Shown here piece by piece: positions 49,050 through 58,925 of a stretch of 64,000 nucleotides of DNA. Origin of the DNA: Bdellovibrionales bacterium (GTDB lineage: Bacteria > Bdellovibrionota > Bdellovibrionia > Bdellovibrionales > UBA1609). A model generated the notes under the pieces. It saw only the letters and a program-made list of their open reading frames with translations, was not told the origin of the DNA and did not search any database. The DNA lies in contig OZ241329.1 of assembly GCA_965199825.1 (NCBI GenBank), positions 2,208,001 through 2,272,000 of the forward strand. The letters run 5' to 3'. Made by a program: the position numbers and the translations under genes. How positions within the stretch are numbered: position 1 is the first letter of the stretch; every line of letters starts with the position of its first letter.

Positions 49050-50291
49050 TCAAATAATATGATAAGCCTTAAGTCCACGAAAGAGTGTCTCGGTCATAAC
49101 TTTCGTGACAACGATAGTCGGAATCGCAAGAAGCATCCCGGCAAAACCAAAAATGATGGCTCCTCCCATCACTCCAAGAATCACCATCAAGGGGTGAAGG
49201 TTGACGGTGCCTCCCAAAATCACGGGGGCGTAAAAAAAACTGTCGAGAAAATGGGTGACCGCTACAACAAGTGCGACCCCGATGAAAATTTGGTCTGGCA
49301 TCAAACCAGGAATGACAGGAGTCAAATCCTCGGCAATCAAGGCATACAAAAATCCAACGCCCAACCCAATCATTGGGCCCACAAATGGAATGACATTGGT
49401 GAGGCCAGCAAAAATTCCGATCAGTAAGGCAACCTTTAACGGAATTCCGATTAAGAAAAATCCAAGCGTAAATGTGATACTCACGAGCAGGCATTCGATC
49501 AATGTGCCGCGCAGATAATTGCCAATGGCCGAGTCCACTTCGTAAATTGTTGTGAGCATCAATTCAAAATATCGATTGGGCGCGAGGCTGACGAAGTAGC
49601 GTAGAATATGACGGTCATCAAAGAGCAAAAATAAAAAGATAATCGGCATCAACAGCCAAATGGATGCGAGATGAAGAGCGGTCATTAGGGTTGATTCTTG
49701 TTTTGTGGTGATGTCGACAGAAGCAAGCTCGCGCGTTTCATTTTTGATTTGGTTGGCCGAAAAGTATTTGAGATATTTGGCGCTCAAATCTGTTTTCGAT
49801 TTGCTAAAACTTAGAAATCTTGAGGACTCTTCTTTATCCAATGTCAGAATGCGATTTAAGGAATTTTTAAGCGGTTCGAGTTCTCGTCCAAAAAGTGAGT
49901 GTAGAAAATTACCTTCTGAGGAGCCGGATTTGAGGCCCATAAATTTGGCGTAGCGTTCATTGAGTTTGTACTGCAATCGGACTTTGAGCTCAAGATTGCC
50001 GCGATCGTCGGGAAGGCTTGCCTGTACTGCAAAAAATAAAATGAGAAAGCCTAAAGACATCGCAACCAATGCCGAGCACACACGAAATTTGTATGGCAAA
50101 AATGAAATCGCGTGAGAGCGGATCAACGGACGAAATAAGTAAGCGAGTAAAACGCCCAAAGTGCAGGGCAAAATAAGATCGCGCAGCGCCCACACCACAA
50201 AAACCAAGAGCGAGGCCAGCACAACGGCAAGTGCTGTATAAATAAAAAATGTATGATCCGATTTTTGTTTAGGCAATTTTTCGATGGTCAC
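49050..50291 (-). CDS. AI-2E family transporter
   Basis: LAYLFRP, YLRGTL, NVIPFVGP, P.ILG.TVNLHP, FGFAGMLLAIP. Confidence 0.88.
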   Translation of the reverse strand: MTIEKLPKQKSDHTFFIYTALAVVLASLLVFVVWALRDLILPCTLGVLLAYLFRPLIRSHAISFLPYKFRVCSALVAMSLGFLILFFAVQASLPDDRGNLELKVRLQYKLNERYAKFMGLKSGSSEGNFLHSLFGRELEPLKNSLNRILTLDKEESSRFLSFSKSKTDLSAKYLKYFSANQIKNETRELASVDITTKQESTLMTALHLASIWLLMPIIFLFLLFDDRHILRYFVSLAPNRYFELMLTTIYEVDSAIGNYLRGTLIECLLVSITFTLGFFLIGIPLKVALLIGIFAGLTNVIPFVGPMIGLGVGFLYALIAEDLTPVIPGLMPDQIFIGVALVVAVTHFLDSFFYAPVILGGTVNLHPLMVILGVMGGAIIFGFAGMLLAIPTIVVTKVMTETLFRGLKAYHII

Positions 50292-50799
50292 TTTGTGATT
50301 GTCCTAAGAGTAAGTTCGTTGCTTTTAATCTTTCGCCAATCACCAATGCGAGGGCCTTATAAACGTGGGCCGCAATTTCGGGTTGAGTTGGGATCAGCGA
50401 CAAAAGATCATTGCGAAACAAAGCAAAAGTCGAAGTGGTTTTGACCACGCGGGCGGAAGCTGAACGGACCGAATCGTCCAGCAGAGCAAGTTCTCCTAAA
50501 AAATCACCATCAGTTAAAGTGGCGATTTGGCCCGAGTTGCCTCTGTCGGTAAGCATCTCGATGCTAATCGTTCCGGTTTTTATAATAAACAAAGCAGCAG
50601 CGGGTTGACCCATTTCAAAAATATATTCGCCTTTTTGATAAGTTCTTTCGTGGAGGATGCGCGACATGACGAGAAGCTGTTTGTGATTGAGCATTTCAAA
50701 AAAAGGTAAGGATTTTAGAAATTGGATTTTTTCTTGTGTGGGCGATTGGATCAAGCGTCTTTTGACTCTTGTCCACATGATTGCGACTGGGGTTTTCAT
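50269..50799 (-). CDS. Cyclic nucleotide-binding domain protein (no HTH)
   Basis: LPFFE, IFEMGQP, FIIKTG, GDFLGELALLD..RSASA. Confidence 0.88.
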   Translation of the reverse strand: MKTPVAIMWTRVKRRLIQSPTQEKIQFLKSLPFFEMLNHKQLLVMSRILHERTYQKGEYIFEMGQPAAALFIIKTGTISIEMLTDRGNSGQIATLTDGDFLGELALLDDSVRSASARVVKTTSTFALFRNDLLSLIPTQPEIAAHVYKALALVIGERLKATNLLLGQSQSDHRKIA

Positions 50800-50807
50800 C
50801 TTAGATA

Positions 50808-50834
50808 AATCGGAAAATAAGACCCAAAGATTGA
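50808..50834 (-). promoter_or_regulatory. Putative FliA/sigma28-type promoter (probably leaderless transcript)
   Basis: TCAAT-N16-CCGATT ending 8 nt before ATG 50799. Confidence 0.5.
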
Positions 50835-50855
50835 TTGAGGAATCTAAAACTGGCC

Positions 50856-51740
50856 CTAACGATTTCGAAATAAGAGGTCGAGGCGTTCTTTATCAATAAG
50901 ACTTAAGCCTGTTTTTGAGGGCGCAATCACGTGTTGCTGATCTAAAGTCTCGAGGGTGCGCAAACCTTCGGCCTTTTGAAAGGCGGTTTCGGAATAGAGC
51001 ATGATCGAGTGGTAATCAAAACCAGTAGAATTTAAAACCTCAAGTAGCGGTGCCGGGACCATTTCAAATTGGGGTAAAAATTCGGGCAAAATATTTTCTT
51101 CGATGACCCTGACATAGCGATCACGATCTAATCTTGATTGTTCATGCGGAAATCCAAGCGCATGCATCACTTCATGGACCACCTGTTGCCATTGACAAAA
51201 ATCAGCAATCATAATGGCTTGGGGGCCACCGATGCGGCCCATATAACTGGCGCATAGATTTTGGCTTTTTTGAAAGACGAGAGAGTCTTCGGTGGGAGTT
51301 TCAATTGCACGAAAGCGAAGGCTCGAATGCATTTCGATATGGTGAAGGGCCTCGGTAATTCGGTCCGGCTGAAGAACATGCGAATCGATCGCGTACGGAA
51401 TCGTTGCGGTGGGCCACAATCGGGGCTCTTCAAATCGGGTGATGCCGCCATTGATTTCTTGAGAAGGTTTACCCAACACAACATCGCCAAAGGCCACCGC
51501 CACCCCTTCGATCACCTTGAAATGAACAACGGGTATATTTTGTTTTGTCACCGGCGCAAGGGTTGGTAGGCTTTGGGTCTGTTTGTTTTCAGAAATTGTT
51601 GGAACTGGAATTTGTTTTACCGGATGGTCGACAGTTGGCTTTGAAGGCGGACTCTGATTTTTTGGTTGCCGATTTTTAAACAAAAAATATCCGCAAATCA
51701 AAATACAAACAATCAGGGGCCAGTGACGAGAGATCATCAC
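50856..51740 (-). CDS. Astacin-family (M12A) metalloprotease
   Basis: LWP...IPY, C.SY.GR.GG.Q, HEVMHALGFPHEQSR.DRD, DYHSIMLY. Confidence 0.9.
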   Translation of the reverse strand: MMISRHWPLIVCILICGYFLFKNRQPKNQSPPSKPTVDHPVKQIPVPTISENKQTQSLPTLAPVTKQNIPVVHFKVIEGVAVAFGDVVLGKPSQEINGGITRFEEPRLWPTATIPYAIDSHVLQPDRITEALHHIEMHSSLRFRAIETPTEDSLVFQKSQNLCASYMGRIGGPQAIMIADFCQWQQVVHEVMHALGFPHEQSRLDRDRYVRVIEENILPEFLPQFEMVPAPLLEVLNSTGFDYHSIMLYSETAFQKAEGLRTLETLDQQHVIAPSKTGLSLIDKERLDLLFRNR

Positions 51741-51764
51741 AATGTTTTAAGCGAGGGATCTAAA

Positions 51765-52523
51765 TTGCACAAGATACCGGTTTTAATATTTTGCTACATT
51801 CGGGCTCTTTTTCAATTGTTGTGGCTTGTGTTTCACACCGTAATTGGCGGGTCGATTCTCATTGCCGAAACGTTTTTGATCAAAAATAGAAAGTTTGAAG
51901 ATGCAACCCTCAAGTTTTGGGGCCGGATGCAGCTGTGGCTCACAAACGTGCATGTCGAGGTTGAAAGCGATCAAGTTCCTAACGAAGGCTGTTTGTTTTT
52001 ATTTAATCATGCGAGCTACTCCGATATTTTTGTGCTTTATGGATATTTACCTAAACCTTTTCGATTTGGTGCAAAGATCGAACTTTTTTCGATACCCATT
52101 TTTGGCGCCACAATGAAGAGTGTTGGGGTTTTGCCCATTGTGCGTGATCAGCGAGAGGATGTTTTAAAAGTTTATAAAGAAGCCATCGCGCGTGTTCGAA
52201 ATGGCGAATGTTTTGGGCTTGCACCCGAGGGCACTCGGCAAGACGGCAAAAATTTAGGTAAATTTAAACTTGGGCCTTTTGTTTTTGCTCGCAATGCAAA
52301 TATGCCCATTGTTCCGGTGGTGATGACAAACACCTGGCGGGTTCAACCCAAGGGCTCACCCCTAATGAATGCCAATCATTTTAAAACGGTGATCAAACTC
52401 AAAACTTTAAAACCTATTTATCCAGAGGGGCGCTCGGAGTTTGAGTTAAGGGCAATGGCGTTTGAAGTGATGGATAAGGAATATCATCGATTATTGGAGT
52501 CATCGAATCCATCAATGGAATAA
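51765..52523 (+). CDS. plsC: 1-acyl-sn-glycerol-3-phosphate acyltransferase (start uncertain)
   Basis: NHASYSD, AK.ELF.IP.FG, PEGTR, FK.G, PIVPV. Confidence 0.85.
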   Translation: MHKIPVLIFCYIRALFQLLWLVFHTVIGGSILIAETFLIKNRKFEDATLKFWGRMQLWLTNVHVEVESDQVPNEGCLFLFNHASYSDIFVLYGYLPKPFRFGAKIELFSIPIFGATMKSVGVLPIVRDQREDVLKVYKEAIARVRNGECFGLAPEGTRQDGKNLGKFKLGPFVFARNANMPIVPVVMTNTWRVQPKGSPLMNANHFKTVIKLKTLKPIYPEGRSEFELRAMAFEVMDKEYHRLLESSNPSME

Positions 52524-53313
52524 TACGGTCGCGAATTAAAGCCTTAGTTTTTTCGAGATGCAGATAAAGGGTTTTTGCATCGAAGTTTCCATTTCTGTGA
52601 AATAAACCTTCAATCAAAACACGACGAATATCTGTTTGCTCTTTTTCGAGTCGGTTAAAGTTTTTGGCAATGCCCATATTTTTTTGGTGCAAAAAATCGG
52701 CGATGGCACTCTTAAAATCAGTATCCTCAGAAATCTGAAAAATTTCTTTTAGTGCTTGAGTGGTCAGCTGCAGCAAGATTCGGGTGTTGAAGTTCAGAGA
52801 ATCTAATCTTTCTGGCCGCTCCCTCTCGACAGTTTCAAAAACGGTCACAAGTTTTTGCCATTCCGAACTTGTGAGCAATGCATAGACATCAGGCTTTAAG
52901 AGGTTTGCATCTAATTTTCGAATACAGTTTTTATAGATATCCAAATTCATTTCGGCATCCCGCTCTTGATAGCAATGTTCTAATTGAAAGGTTGAAAACG
53001 CTCCTTTTTCGGGATCGAGGACTTCGATCAATTTGGCAAGCTCAGCAATGGCGCCTGGATTTATTTGCGATGTCAGATCAATTTGGAGGGCTAAAATATC
53101 TCCGACCAAATTCATCAAAATCGTATACTCCACTCGGCCTTTTCGGTCGGTTTCAATAAGCTTATTTTCGAGCAGAGATTTTGCGGTTTCTACAGTGTAG
53201 AGGGTCTCAAAGGCGGTGGTGCGGAGAAGCTCAGGCAAAAAATAGGAAGACTCGAGCGAAGTCACACAACTCGCTGACGACCAAAACGAAAATAAAATTT
53301 GAAGCACCAGCAC
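52414..53313 (-). CDS. Secreted hypothetical protein
   Basis: 299-aa ORF, short signal then SCVTSL; 3' end overlaps plsC. Confidence 0.6.
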   Translation of the reverse strand: MLVLQILFSFWSSASCVTSLESSYFLPELLRTTAFETLYTVETAKSLLENKLIETDRKGRVEYTILMNLVGDILALQIDLTSQINPGAIAELAKLIEVLDPEKGAFSTFQLEHCYQERDAEMNLDIYKNCIRKLDANLLKPDVYALLTSSEWQKLVTVFETVERERPERLDSLNFNTRILLQLTTQALKEIFQISEDTDFKSAIADFLHQKNMGIAKNFNRLEKEQTDIRRVLIEGLFHRNGNFDAKTLYLHLEKTKALIRDRIIPLMDSMTPIIDDIPYPSLQTPLPLTQTPSAPLDK

Positions 53314-53317
53314 GAAT

Positions 53318-54136
53318 TTATTCCTCTCTCAAAATTGGGATGAGCCACTCGGTTTTAAATTTTTTTATAAACAAAGGAACAAGTTCAATCAGTTCGTGAT
53401 GAAGCGAAGATGGGATCACATAATCGGTGTTGATATGAAGTTGGCTTGTATCAAACTGTGCATCTCGCAATCGATTGAAAACAAACTTCGCGCCCCACTC
53501 TTCATTTGTTAACATTTTGTTTGCGGCGGCGATCAGCACTTTGTTTTCGGTGATTTCAGAAATACCGGTTAATCCTTCGCTTAGCGATTCAATAATAGGG
53601 AGAAGAGAGTACACTGTTGTTGCAAAGTGATCCGCCATTGGCCTTGACCATGTTGAATTAAGAATGACATGAAATGGAATCCAATCGGAGGATTTAGTGC
53701 TCGACCAATTCTTCGGTGATTTTTCCCATTGAAACGTCAGGCTGGTTGAATTGATAAGTGCATCTAATTCTTCCAAAATATTTTGCGAATTATAATATTC
53801 TGGAAAATATTCGATCGGAGTCATTCCGGTGAGAGGATTCAGATCTTTTAAGCTGCCAGAAAGCCGCAGCGAGAGCTGATTCCAGTTTTGATTTGATGGG
53901 GTTAAATAAAGATTAGATAAACGCAACCCAACATCATAGATCCGAATGCACCGACTTGTACTTTGAACTTTTTCAATGGCCTCTTTTGCATGTTCCAACG
54001 TGTAGCACGCTCTCACGTAGCCTTGTCTTGCTATCACTTTTTGCACAGCCACCGACTGAAGGTCTGTGTGGCAATCAGCAAAAGCAATTACAAAAGTCAA
54101 AAACTTTATAAATATCAATGGTGCCCCCCGGCTCAT
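53318..54136 (-). CDS. Secreted hypothetical protein
   Basis: Signal ending AFA then DCHTDL. Confidence 0.6.
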   Translation of the reverse strand: MSRGAPLIFIKFLTFVIAFADCHTDLQSVAVQKVIARQGYVRACYTLEHAKEAIEKVQSTSRCIRIYDVGLRLSNLYLTPSNQNWNQLSLRLSGSLKDLNPLTGMTPIEYFPEYYNSQNILEELDALINSTSLTFQWEKSPKNWSSTKSSDWIPFHVILNSTWSRPMADHFATTVYSLLPIIESLSEGLTGISEITENKVLIAAANKMLTNEEWGAKFVFNRLRDAQFDTSQLHINTDYVIPSSLHHELIELVPLFIKKFKTEWLIPILREE

Positions 54137-54217
54137 CCAAACTCTAAAATAAAAAGAAGAGTTTTAGCAAACCTCATCTATTCATCTTATAAAAAGTTAA
54201 GTAGAGTAGAGTCTTCG

Positions 54218-55255
54218 ATGAAACAAGTTTTTATTATAGCGATCTGTATGGGCGTCAATGCGGTGCTTGCCGCGGTTGAAATGGCTTTTGTCACGGTGGC
54301 AAAGCCGCGACTGCGACAAATGGTCAAAGAAAATCATATCGAGGCCGAAAAGGTTTTGCGACTGCGCGAAAAGCCGGAGCGCACACTTTCGGTTTTGCAA
54401 ATCGGAATCACGTTGGTTGGATCGGTGGCGGCTGCGGTTGGTGGCGCTCTCGCTCAAGAGCGAATGACTCCATTCTTTATTGAACAGTTTGGTTTACTCC
54501 CTGCAGGAGCCGAGCTGATTGCGATCGTGTCGATTGTTTTGCCCATCACCTATATGAATGTGGTGGTGTGTGAGCTTGTGCCAAAGACTTTGGCTTTAAG
54601 AAATTCACTCAATATTATGCTCAAGTCGGCGTCTTATCTGATTTTGTTTGAAAAGATATTGAGCCCACTTGTCAGTGTGCTCGAGTTTTCGACCAAGAAA
54701 ATTTTAAAATATTTTTTTGTGGCAAAAGTTGCAGAAGGGGCTTCTGAAGAAACCGTGGCACTTGATTCCTTAAGCACCCAGGCTCGGCAATATGTTGTTA
54801 ATCTGGTGAATATGGAAACCAAACGGATCCGCGATATTTTGGTTCCATGGTCACAGGTGAATTCGGTGCGGTTTGATCAATCTATGGATGATGTAAGGTC
54901 GGTTGTGGTCACATCGGGCCACACGCGGCTGCCGGTTTTAAAAGACGATGTGGTGATTGGGATTCTCAACACCAAAGAATTTATGACTTTGGATCGAGTT
55001 GGTGAAACTCATTGGGAAAAGATTGTGAGACCCATGGTTAAAGTTTCCGAAGCCGATCCACTATTGAAAGTTTTAAGATTGATGCAAGAAAAAAGATCTC
55101 ATCTCGCGACCGTTTACACCCAAAATCGACGGCTTGGGGTGGTGACGATGGAAGATATTTTAGAAGAAGTGATCGGCGATGTTTTTGACGAAGATGACGA
55201 TGGAGCGCTCAAACGAGTGCTTGCCACAGCCGCTACATTTAAGAGCCTCAGATGA
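54218..55255 (+). CDS. CNNM/CBS hemolysin-family (HlyC/CorC) protein
   Basis: EMAFV, QIGIT, ELVPKTLA, GHTRLPV, VTMEDILEEVIGD. Confidence 0.9.
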   Translation: MKQVFIIAICMGVNAVLAAVEMAFVTVAKPRLRQMVKENHIEAEKVLRLREKPERTLSVLQIGITLVGSVAAAVGGALAQERMTPFFIEQFGLLPAGAELIAIVSIVLPITYMNVVVCELVPKTLALRNSLNIMLKSASYLILFEKILSPLVSVLEFSTKKILKYFFVAKVAEGASEETVALDSLSTQARQYVVNLVNMETKRIRDILVPWSQVNSVRFDQSMDDVRSVVVTSGHTRLPVLKDDVVIGILNTKEFMTLDRVGETHWEKIVRPMVKVSEADPLLKVLRLMQEKRSHLATVYTQNRRLGVVTMEDILEEVIGDVFDEDDDGALKRVLATAATFKSLR

Positions 55256-56079
55256 GTTATCAACTTTTAGACTCTGGTGATTTTGAAAAACTTGAAAAAG
55301 TAGGCCCCTACATTATTCGCCGTCCCGCAGCCCAAGCGGTGTGGCGAAAAACCGAATCGCATTGGCCCACCGCCGATGCGGTTTATCATCGCTACTCTGA
55401 AGGAAAAGGGGAATGGAAGACGGCGTCCTCGGTTCCTCAGTCATGGACGATCGAACTTGGAGATCTCAAATTGATCGCCAAGCTCACAAGTTTTGGGCAT
55501 CTCGGACTTTTTGCAGAACAACAAAAAAATTGGTCGCTGATCCAAAACCGTATTGAACAAACTAAAAATAACCGGGTTCCTCTTATACTTAATTTGTTTG
55601 CTTATACCGGGGGTTCAAGTCTTGTGGCAGGCCGAGCCGGAGCCGAAGTTGTCCATGTGGATGCTTCGAAAGGTTCGGTCGATTGGGCCAAACGCAATTT
55701 TGAGGCAAATGGAATTGAGTCGACCACGCGCTATATGGTTGATGACGTCATGGCTTTTGTTGAACGCGAAGTCAGGCGTGGACGTGTGTACGATGGTATC
55801 ATTCTCGATCCTCCAACCTATGGCCGTGGACCTCAAAAAGAAATTTGGAAGATCGAAGAGCATCTGTTGCCACTTTTGGATATGTGCAAAAAACTTCTTG
55901 AGCAAAGCTCAGGTTTCGTTTTGCTCAGTTGTCATTCGCAAGGCTATACGCCCATTGCCCTCAAACATCTGTTAGCAAGCAGCATTGGCGCCCATACCGT
56001 TGAGGCTGAAGAGATGGTCATTATGGACCGCTTCGGAAAAGCCCTGCCCTCTGGAGCCTCGGCTTTTATTACGTATTAA
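55252..56079 (+). CDS. Class I SAM methyltransferase (RlmI/RlmK-like)
   Basis: Y.LLDSG..EKLE, LNLFAYTGG, HVDAS, ILDPPTYGRG. Confidence 0.85.
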   Translation: MSYQLLDSGDFEKLEKVGPYIIRRPAAQAVWRKTESHWPTADAVYHRYSEGKGEWKTASSVPQSWTIELGDLKLIAKLTSFGHLGLFAEQQKNWSLIQNRIEQTKNNRVPLILNLFAYTGGSSLVAGRAGAEVVHVDASKGSVDWAKRNFEANGIESTTRYMVDDVMAFVEREVRRGRVYDGIILDPPTYGRGPQKEIWKIEEHLLPLLDMCKKLLEQSSGFVLLSCHSQGYTPIALKHLLASSIGAHTVEAEEMVIMDRFGKALPSGASAFITY

Positions 56080-56701
56080 GAATTTTATCTAAATATTTTC
56101 TTGTGAGCGAGCCTTGAGGCATCAAGCGCTCAATGGTGCTTGAAGCCGATTTTAGTTTTTGGGCTTCACTCCAGAGATCTTCGTAAATCAAGGACGTTGC
56201 TCCCACCGCAAGCGAAGGAAATGCTCCATCTTCCACTTCACCAAATCCTACCGCCAAAAACTCATTGAATAAAAACTTAAGGGCCTTTGAATACGTGGGC
56301 TCATTGAGTTTTCCCTGAAGACCGATTTCGAGTTTTAATTCTTTTGTCGAAAGCGGAGAATTTTGTTTTAAGATTTCGAGCATCTCTTTGGATTCCAAAA
56401 TAAATTTGGATTTACGAGCGAGCGGCACTGTTTTGATGAGAGCGGTAAACAGTTCGCGCGAAAAAAAAGTGGCTCGTCCTTGATACCATTTGGAATACAC
56501 AACCTCGCGGCACTTTGAGAGAGTCTTCATCAACTGCCACATTTCGGATACCCGGTTGTCGCTGCCCGAATCCCAGGTCCAGCGCATTTTTGAGCGTGGG
56601 TAAAACTCGGACCACAAAGATTTTGGCTCGGGCCGGTTATTGATCGGAAAAACAAGCAATAAACCATTATTATTTATTTTATCAATTGCTTTTTTGTACA
56701 T
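56069..56701 (-). CDS. Hypothetical protein, possible winged-helix/AlkZ-related
   Basis: 210-aa ORF in operon; PKSLW, VVYSKW.QG..TF, ILKQNSPLSTKELK. Confidence 0.55.
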   Translation of the reverse strand: MYKKAIDKINNNGLLLVFPINNRPEPKSLWSEFYPRSKMRWTWDSGSDNRVSEMWQLMKTLSKCREVVYSKWYQGRATFFSRELFTALIKTVPLARKSKFILESKEMLEILKQNSPLSTKELKLEIGLQGKLNEPTYSKALKFLFNEFLAVGFGEVEDGAFPSLAVGATSLIYEDLWSEAQKLKSASSTIERLMPQGSLTRKYLDKILNT

Positions 56702-56702
56702 G

Positions 56703-57353
56703 TCACTTGCCTGATAAGATTGGGAGAGCTTCCTTTATACCTTCGATCACAAATTGGATCGCCACCGCAGCAAGAATAATCCCTAATAGCCGCGACATCA
56801 CATTCATCCCGATATGACCCAAAAAATTGGCGAGTCTTCCGGCTTCGCGCAATATTAAAAAACAAAGTCCAACCGTGCACACAAGTGCCAAATAAAGTGC
56901 GGCATGATGGGGAAGTTCTGAGGCCTTTTCTGAAAGCAAAAAAACCGAAACAATCGCACCCGGGCCAGCGAGTAAAGGGATGCCTAGGGGAAATACCGCA
57001 ATATCCTCTTTGACCGAGCCCTCTTCGGCCTCTTCACTTGTTGATTTGGTTCGCGAGGTGCGGGCGTTTAACATATCCAGGGCGACGATAAACAAAAGTG
57101 TTCCACCAGCGATTCGAAGTGCCGGTATGGTCACACCAAAAAATCGAAATACAAAGGAGCCCAAAATACTTGCGCCCAATAAAACACTAAAGGCCACGAT
57201 GCATGCGCGCTCAGCCGTAAGGATTCGTCGGGCTCGATCATAGTCGCTGGTCATCGCCAAAAAAGGCCCAAGCGCTCCGAGCGGATTCATAATTGTAAAG
57301 AGAGTCGAAAAACAGATCACAAAGAATGCATGAAACGAATTGAGTGTTGCCAT
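56703..57353 (-). CDS. MarC family membrane protein
   Basis: MNPLG, IAGG.LLF, PLGIPLLAGPG, RLLG.IL. Confidence 0.9.
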   Translation of the reverse strand: MATLNSFHAFFVICFSTLFTIMNPLGALGPFLAMTSDYDRARRILTAERACIVAFSVLLGASILGSFVFRFFGVTIPALRIAGGTLLFIVALDMLNARTSRTKSTSEEAEEGSVKEDIAVFPLGIPLLAGPGAIVSVFLLSEKASELPHHAALYLALVCTVGLCFLILREAGRLANFLGHIGMNVMSRLLGIILAAVAIQFVIEGIKEALPILSGK

Positions 57354-58385
57354 TTACCTCTTTTGCGCCACGACCCACTTGCTTGATAAACCGTAGCCTT
57401 CTTCGAATTTTGTAAAGCCAGCTTCGCTCATCAAACTTTGAAGGGGGTGCTGGATATAATTTTTGTAGAAGGGCTCATGAAAATCAATAGGAAACTGATA
57501 AAGGGCTTTATCCAGCTCTGGAACATCCCCCAACTGGACCGAATCAACAATCGCAATTAAACCTTTTGGCTTTAAAACTCGAAATGCTTCTTTTAATACT
57601 TTTTTGCGTTCTTGGAGTGGGAGTTCATGAAATAAAAAAACATGAAACACCAAATCAAAACTTTTTGGTGCAAGCTCAGTATGAGCCGCATCTCTTTTTA
57701 AAAAGTTAATCTGAGGAAATTCGACCAAATGCTTTTGGGCTTCTTTTAGATAAGGAAAGCTTAAATCCACACAGGTGATTTCGCTATTTGGAAAACTCAA
57801 CGCAAAAGCCTTAGTCGCATTTCCGGTTCCTGAAGCCATCTCTAACACTTTGAGTTTTTGATTTTTCTTAAATCCACGATCCAATAGCGGCTTGATAAAA
57901 ATGCGTCTCATTGTATCGCCAAGTCCGCGAAACAAAATCTCAACCTGATGCTCGTAAATCTTTGCCGAATTGTCGCTTAAGTAGCCATCGGTTTGATAAT
58001 GAAAATTGCGGCGATAATATTCGGGCACATCTTCAAGAAACACTTTTGATTTTTCAGAAAAATCGTTGTGGCGTAATTTTAATTTCCGTGAATTGAGCAG
58101 CACCACATCGGCAAGCACTTTGGCATAACTTAAAAGATGGGTGGAGACATTTCTTGGAACCAAAACTTGAACCGGATAAACACCATCAACAATATTTGCG
58201 GCATCTTGATCGATTAGTTTTTTTGCAGCCGCAAGTGCGGCATCGGTGGTTTCTTTGCTGATTTTAAATTTAGGATCGCTGTGGAACACCTGCTGTAAAA
58301 AGAGAAATGGAATTCCCTCGACCGTGTAAACCGCACTTCGCACATAGGCGAGGGCGCGAACAAATTGCTTCCTTAAAGATTTCAT
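57354..58385 (-). CDS. Class I SAM methyltransferase
   Basis: YY.RNFHYQTDGYLS, LEMASGTG, FLFHELP, FHEPFY. Confidence 0.85.
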   Translation of the reverse strand: MKSLRKQFVRALAYVRSAVYTVEGIPFLFLQQVFHSDPKFKISKETTDAALAAAKKLIDQDAANIVDGVYPVQVLVPRNVSTHLLSYAKVLADVVLLNSRKLKLRHNDFSEKSKVFLEDVPEYYRRNFHYQTDGYLSDNSAKIYEHQVEILFRGLGDTMRRIFIKPLLDRGFKKNQKLKVLEMASGTGNATKAFALSFPNSEITCVDLSFPYLKEAQKHLVEFPQINFLKRDAAHTELAPKSFDLVFHVFLFHELPLQERKKVLKEAFRVLKPKGLIAIVDSVQLGDVPELDKALYQFPIDFHEPFYKNYIQHPLQSLMSEAGFTKFEEGYGLSSKWVVAQKR

Positions 58386-58445
58386 CTTTCCTCCACAGCT
58401 AATATCAGCTAAAAGCGAGTTTATCTTTTTTTGAAAGGTGTGTAT

Positions 58446-58925
58446 ATGATCGCAGCGAATAAAGTGGTTGGCTTAATCTACACGTTAAAAGACGATGCTG
58501 GAAAGCTCCTGGATGAAGCCCCAAAGAATGATCTGTTCTTTTATCTTCATGGTGAAGGGCAAATTGTACCTGGTCTCGAAGATGCGCTCGAAGGTTTAAA
58601 ACCTGGCGATAAAAAAGCCATCACAGTGACACCCGACCAAGGCTATGGCCAATTGAACGAGGAGATGAAGGTGGTGGTGAGCCGCGATCAATTTCCGAAA
58701 GAAGCCGATGTTCAGCCCGGAATGCAATTTTTAGCCGAGATGGGTAAGGGCGGAAAGCACCCTTTTACCGTGATCGATGTCAAAGATGGCCAAGTTCACT
58801 TGGATGGCAATCATCCACTTGCGGGTCAGACATTGCATTTTGATGTTGAGGTGGTCGAAGTTCGTGACGCCACTAAAGAAGAGTTGGAACATGGCCATGC
58901 CCATGGTCCCCACTCGCATCATTAA
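58446..58925 (+). CDS. slyD: FKBP-type PPIase/metallochaperone SlyD
   Basis: YLHG.GQIVPGLE, GYG, DGNHPLAG..L.F.V, His-rich tail. Confidence 0.93.
   Translation: MIAANKVVGLIYTLKDDAGKLLDEAPKNDLFFYLHGEGQIVPGLEDALEGLKPGDKKAITVTPDQGYGQLNEEMKVVVSRDQFPKEADVQPGMQFLAEMGKGGKHPFTVIDVKDGQVHLDGNHPLAGQTLHFDVEVVEVRDATKEELEHGHAHGPHSHH

Noticed and set aside
52414..52523. 110-bp convergent overlap of plsC and a hypothetical gene as a functional feature
   Set aside because: The overlapping tail is low-complexity and most simply a stop-codon loss
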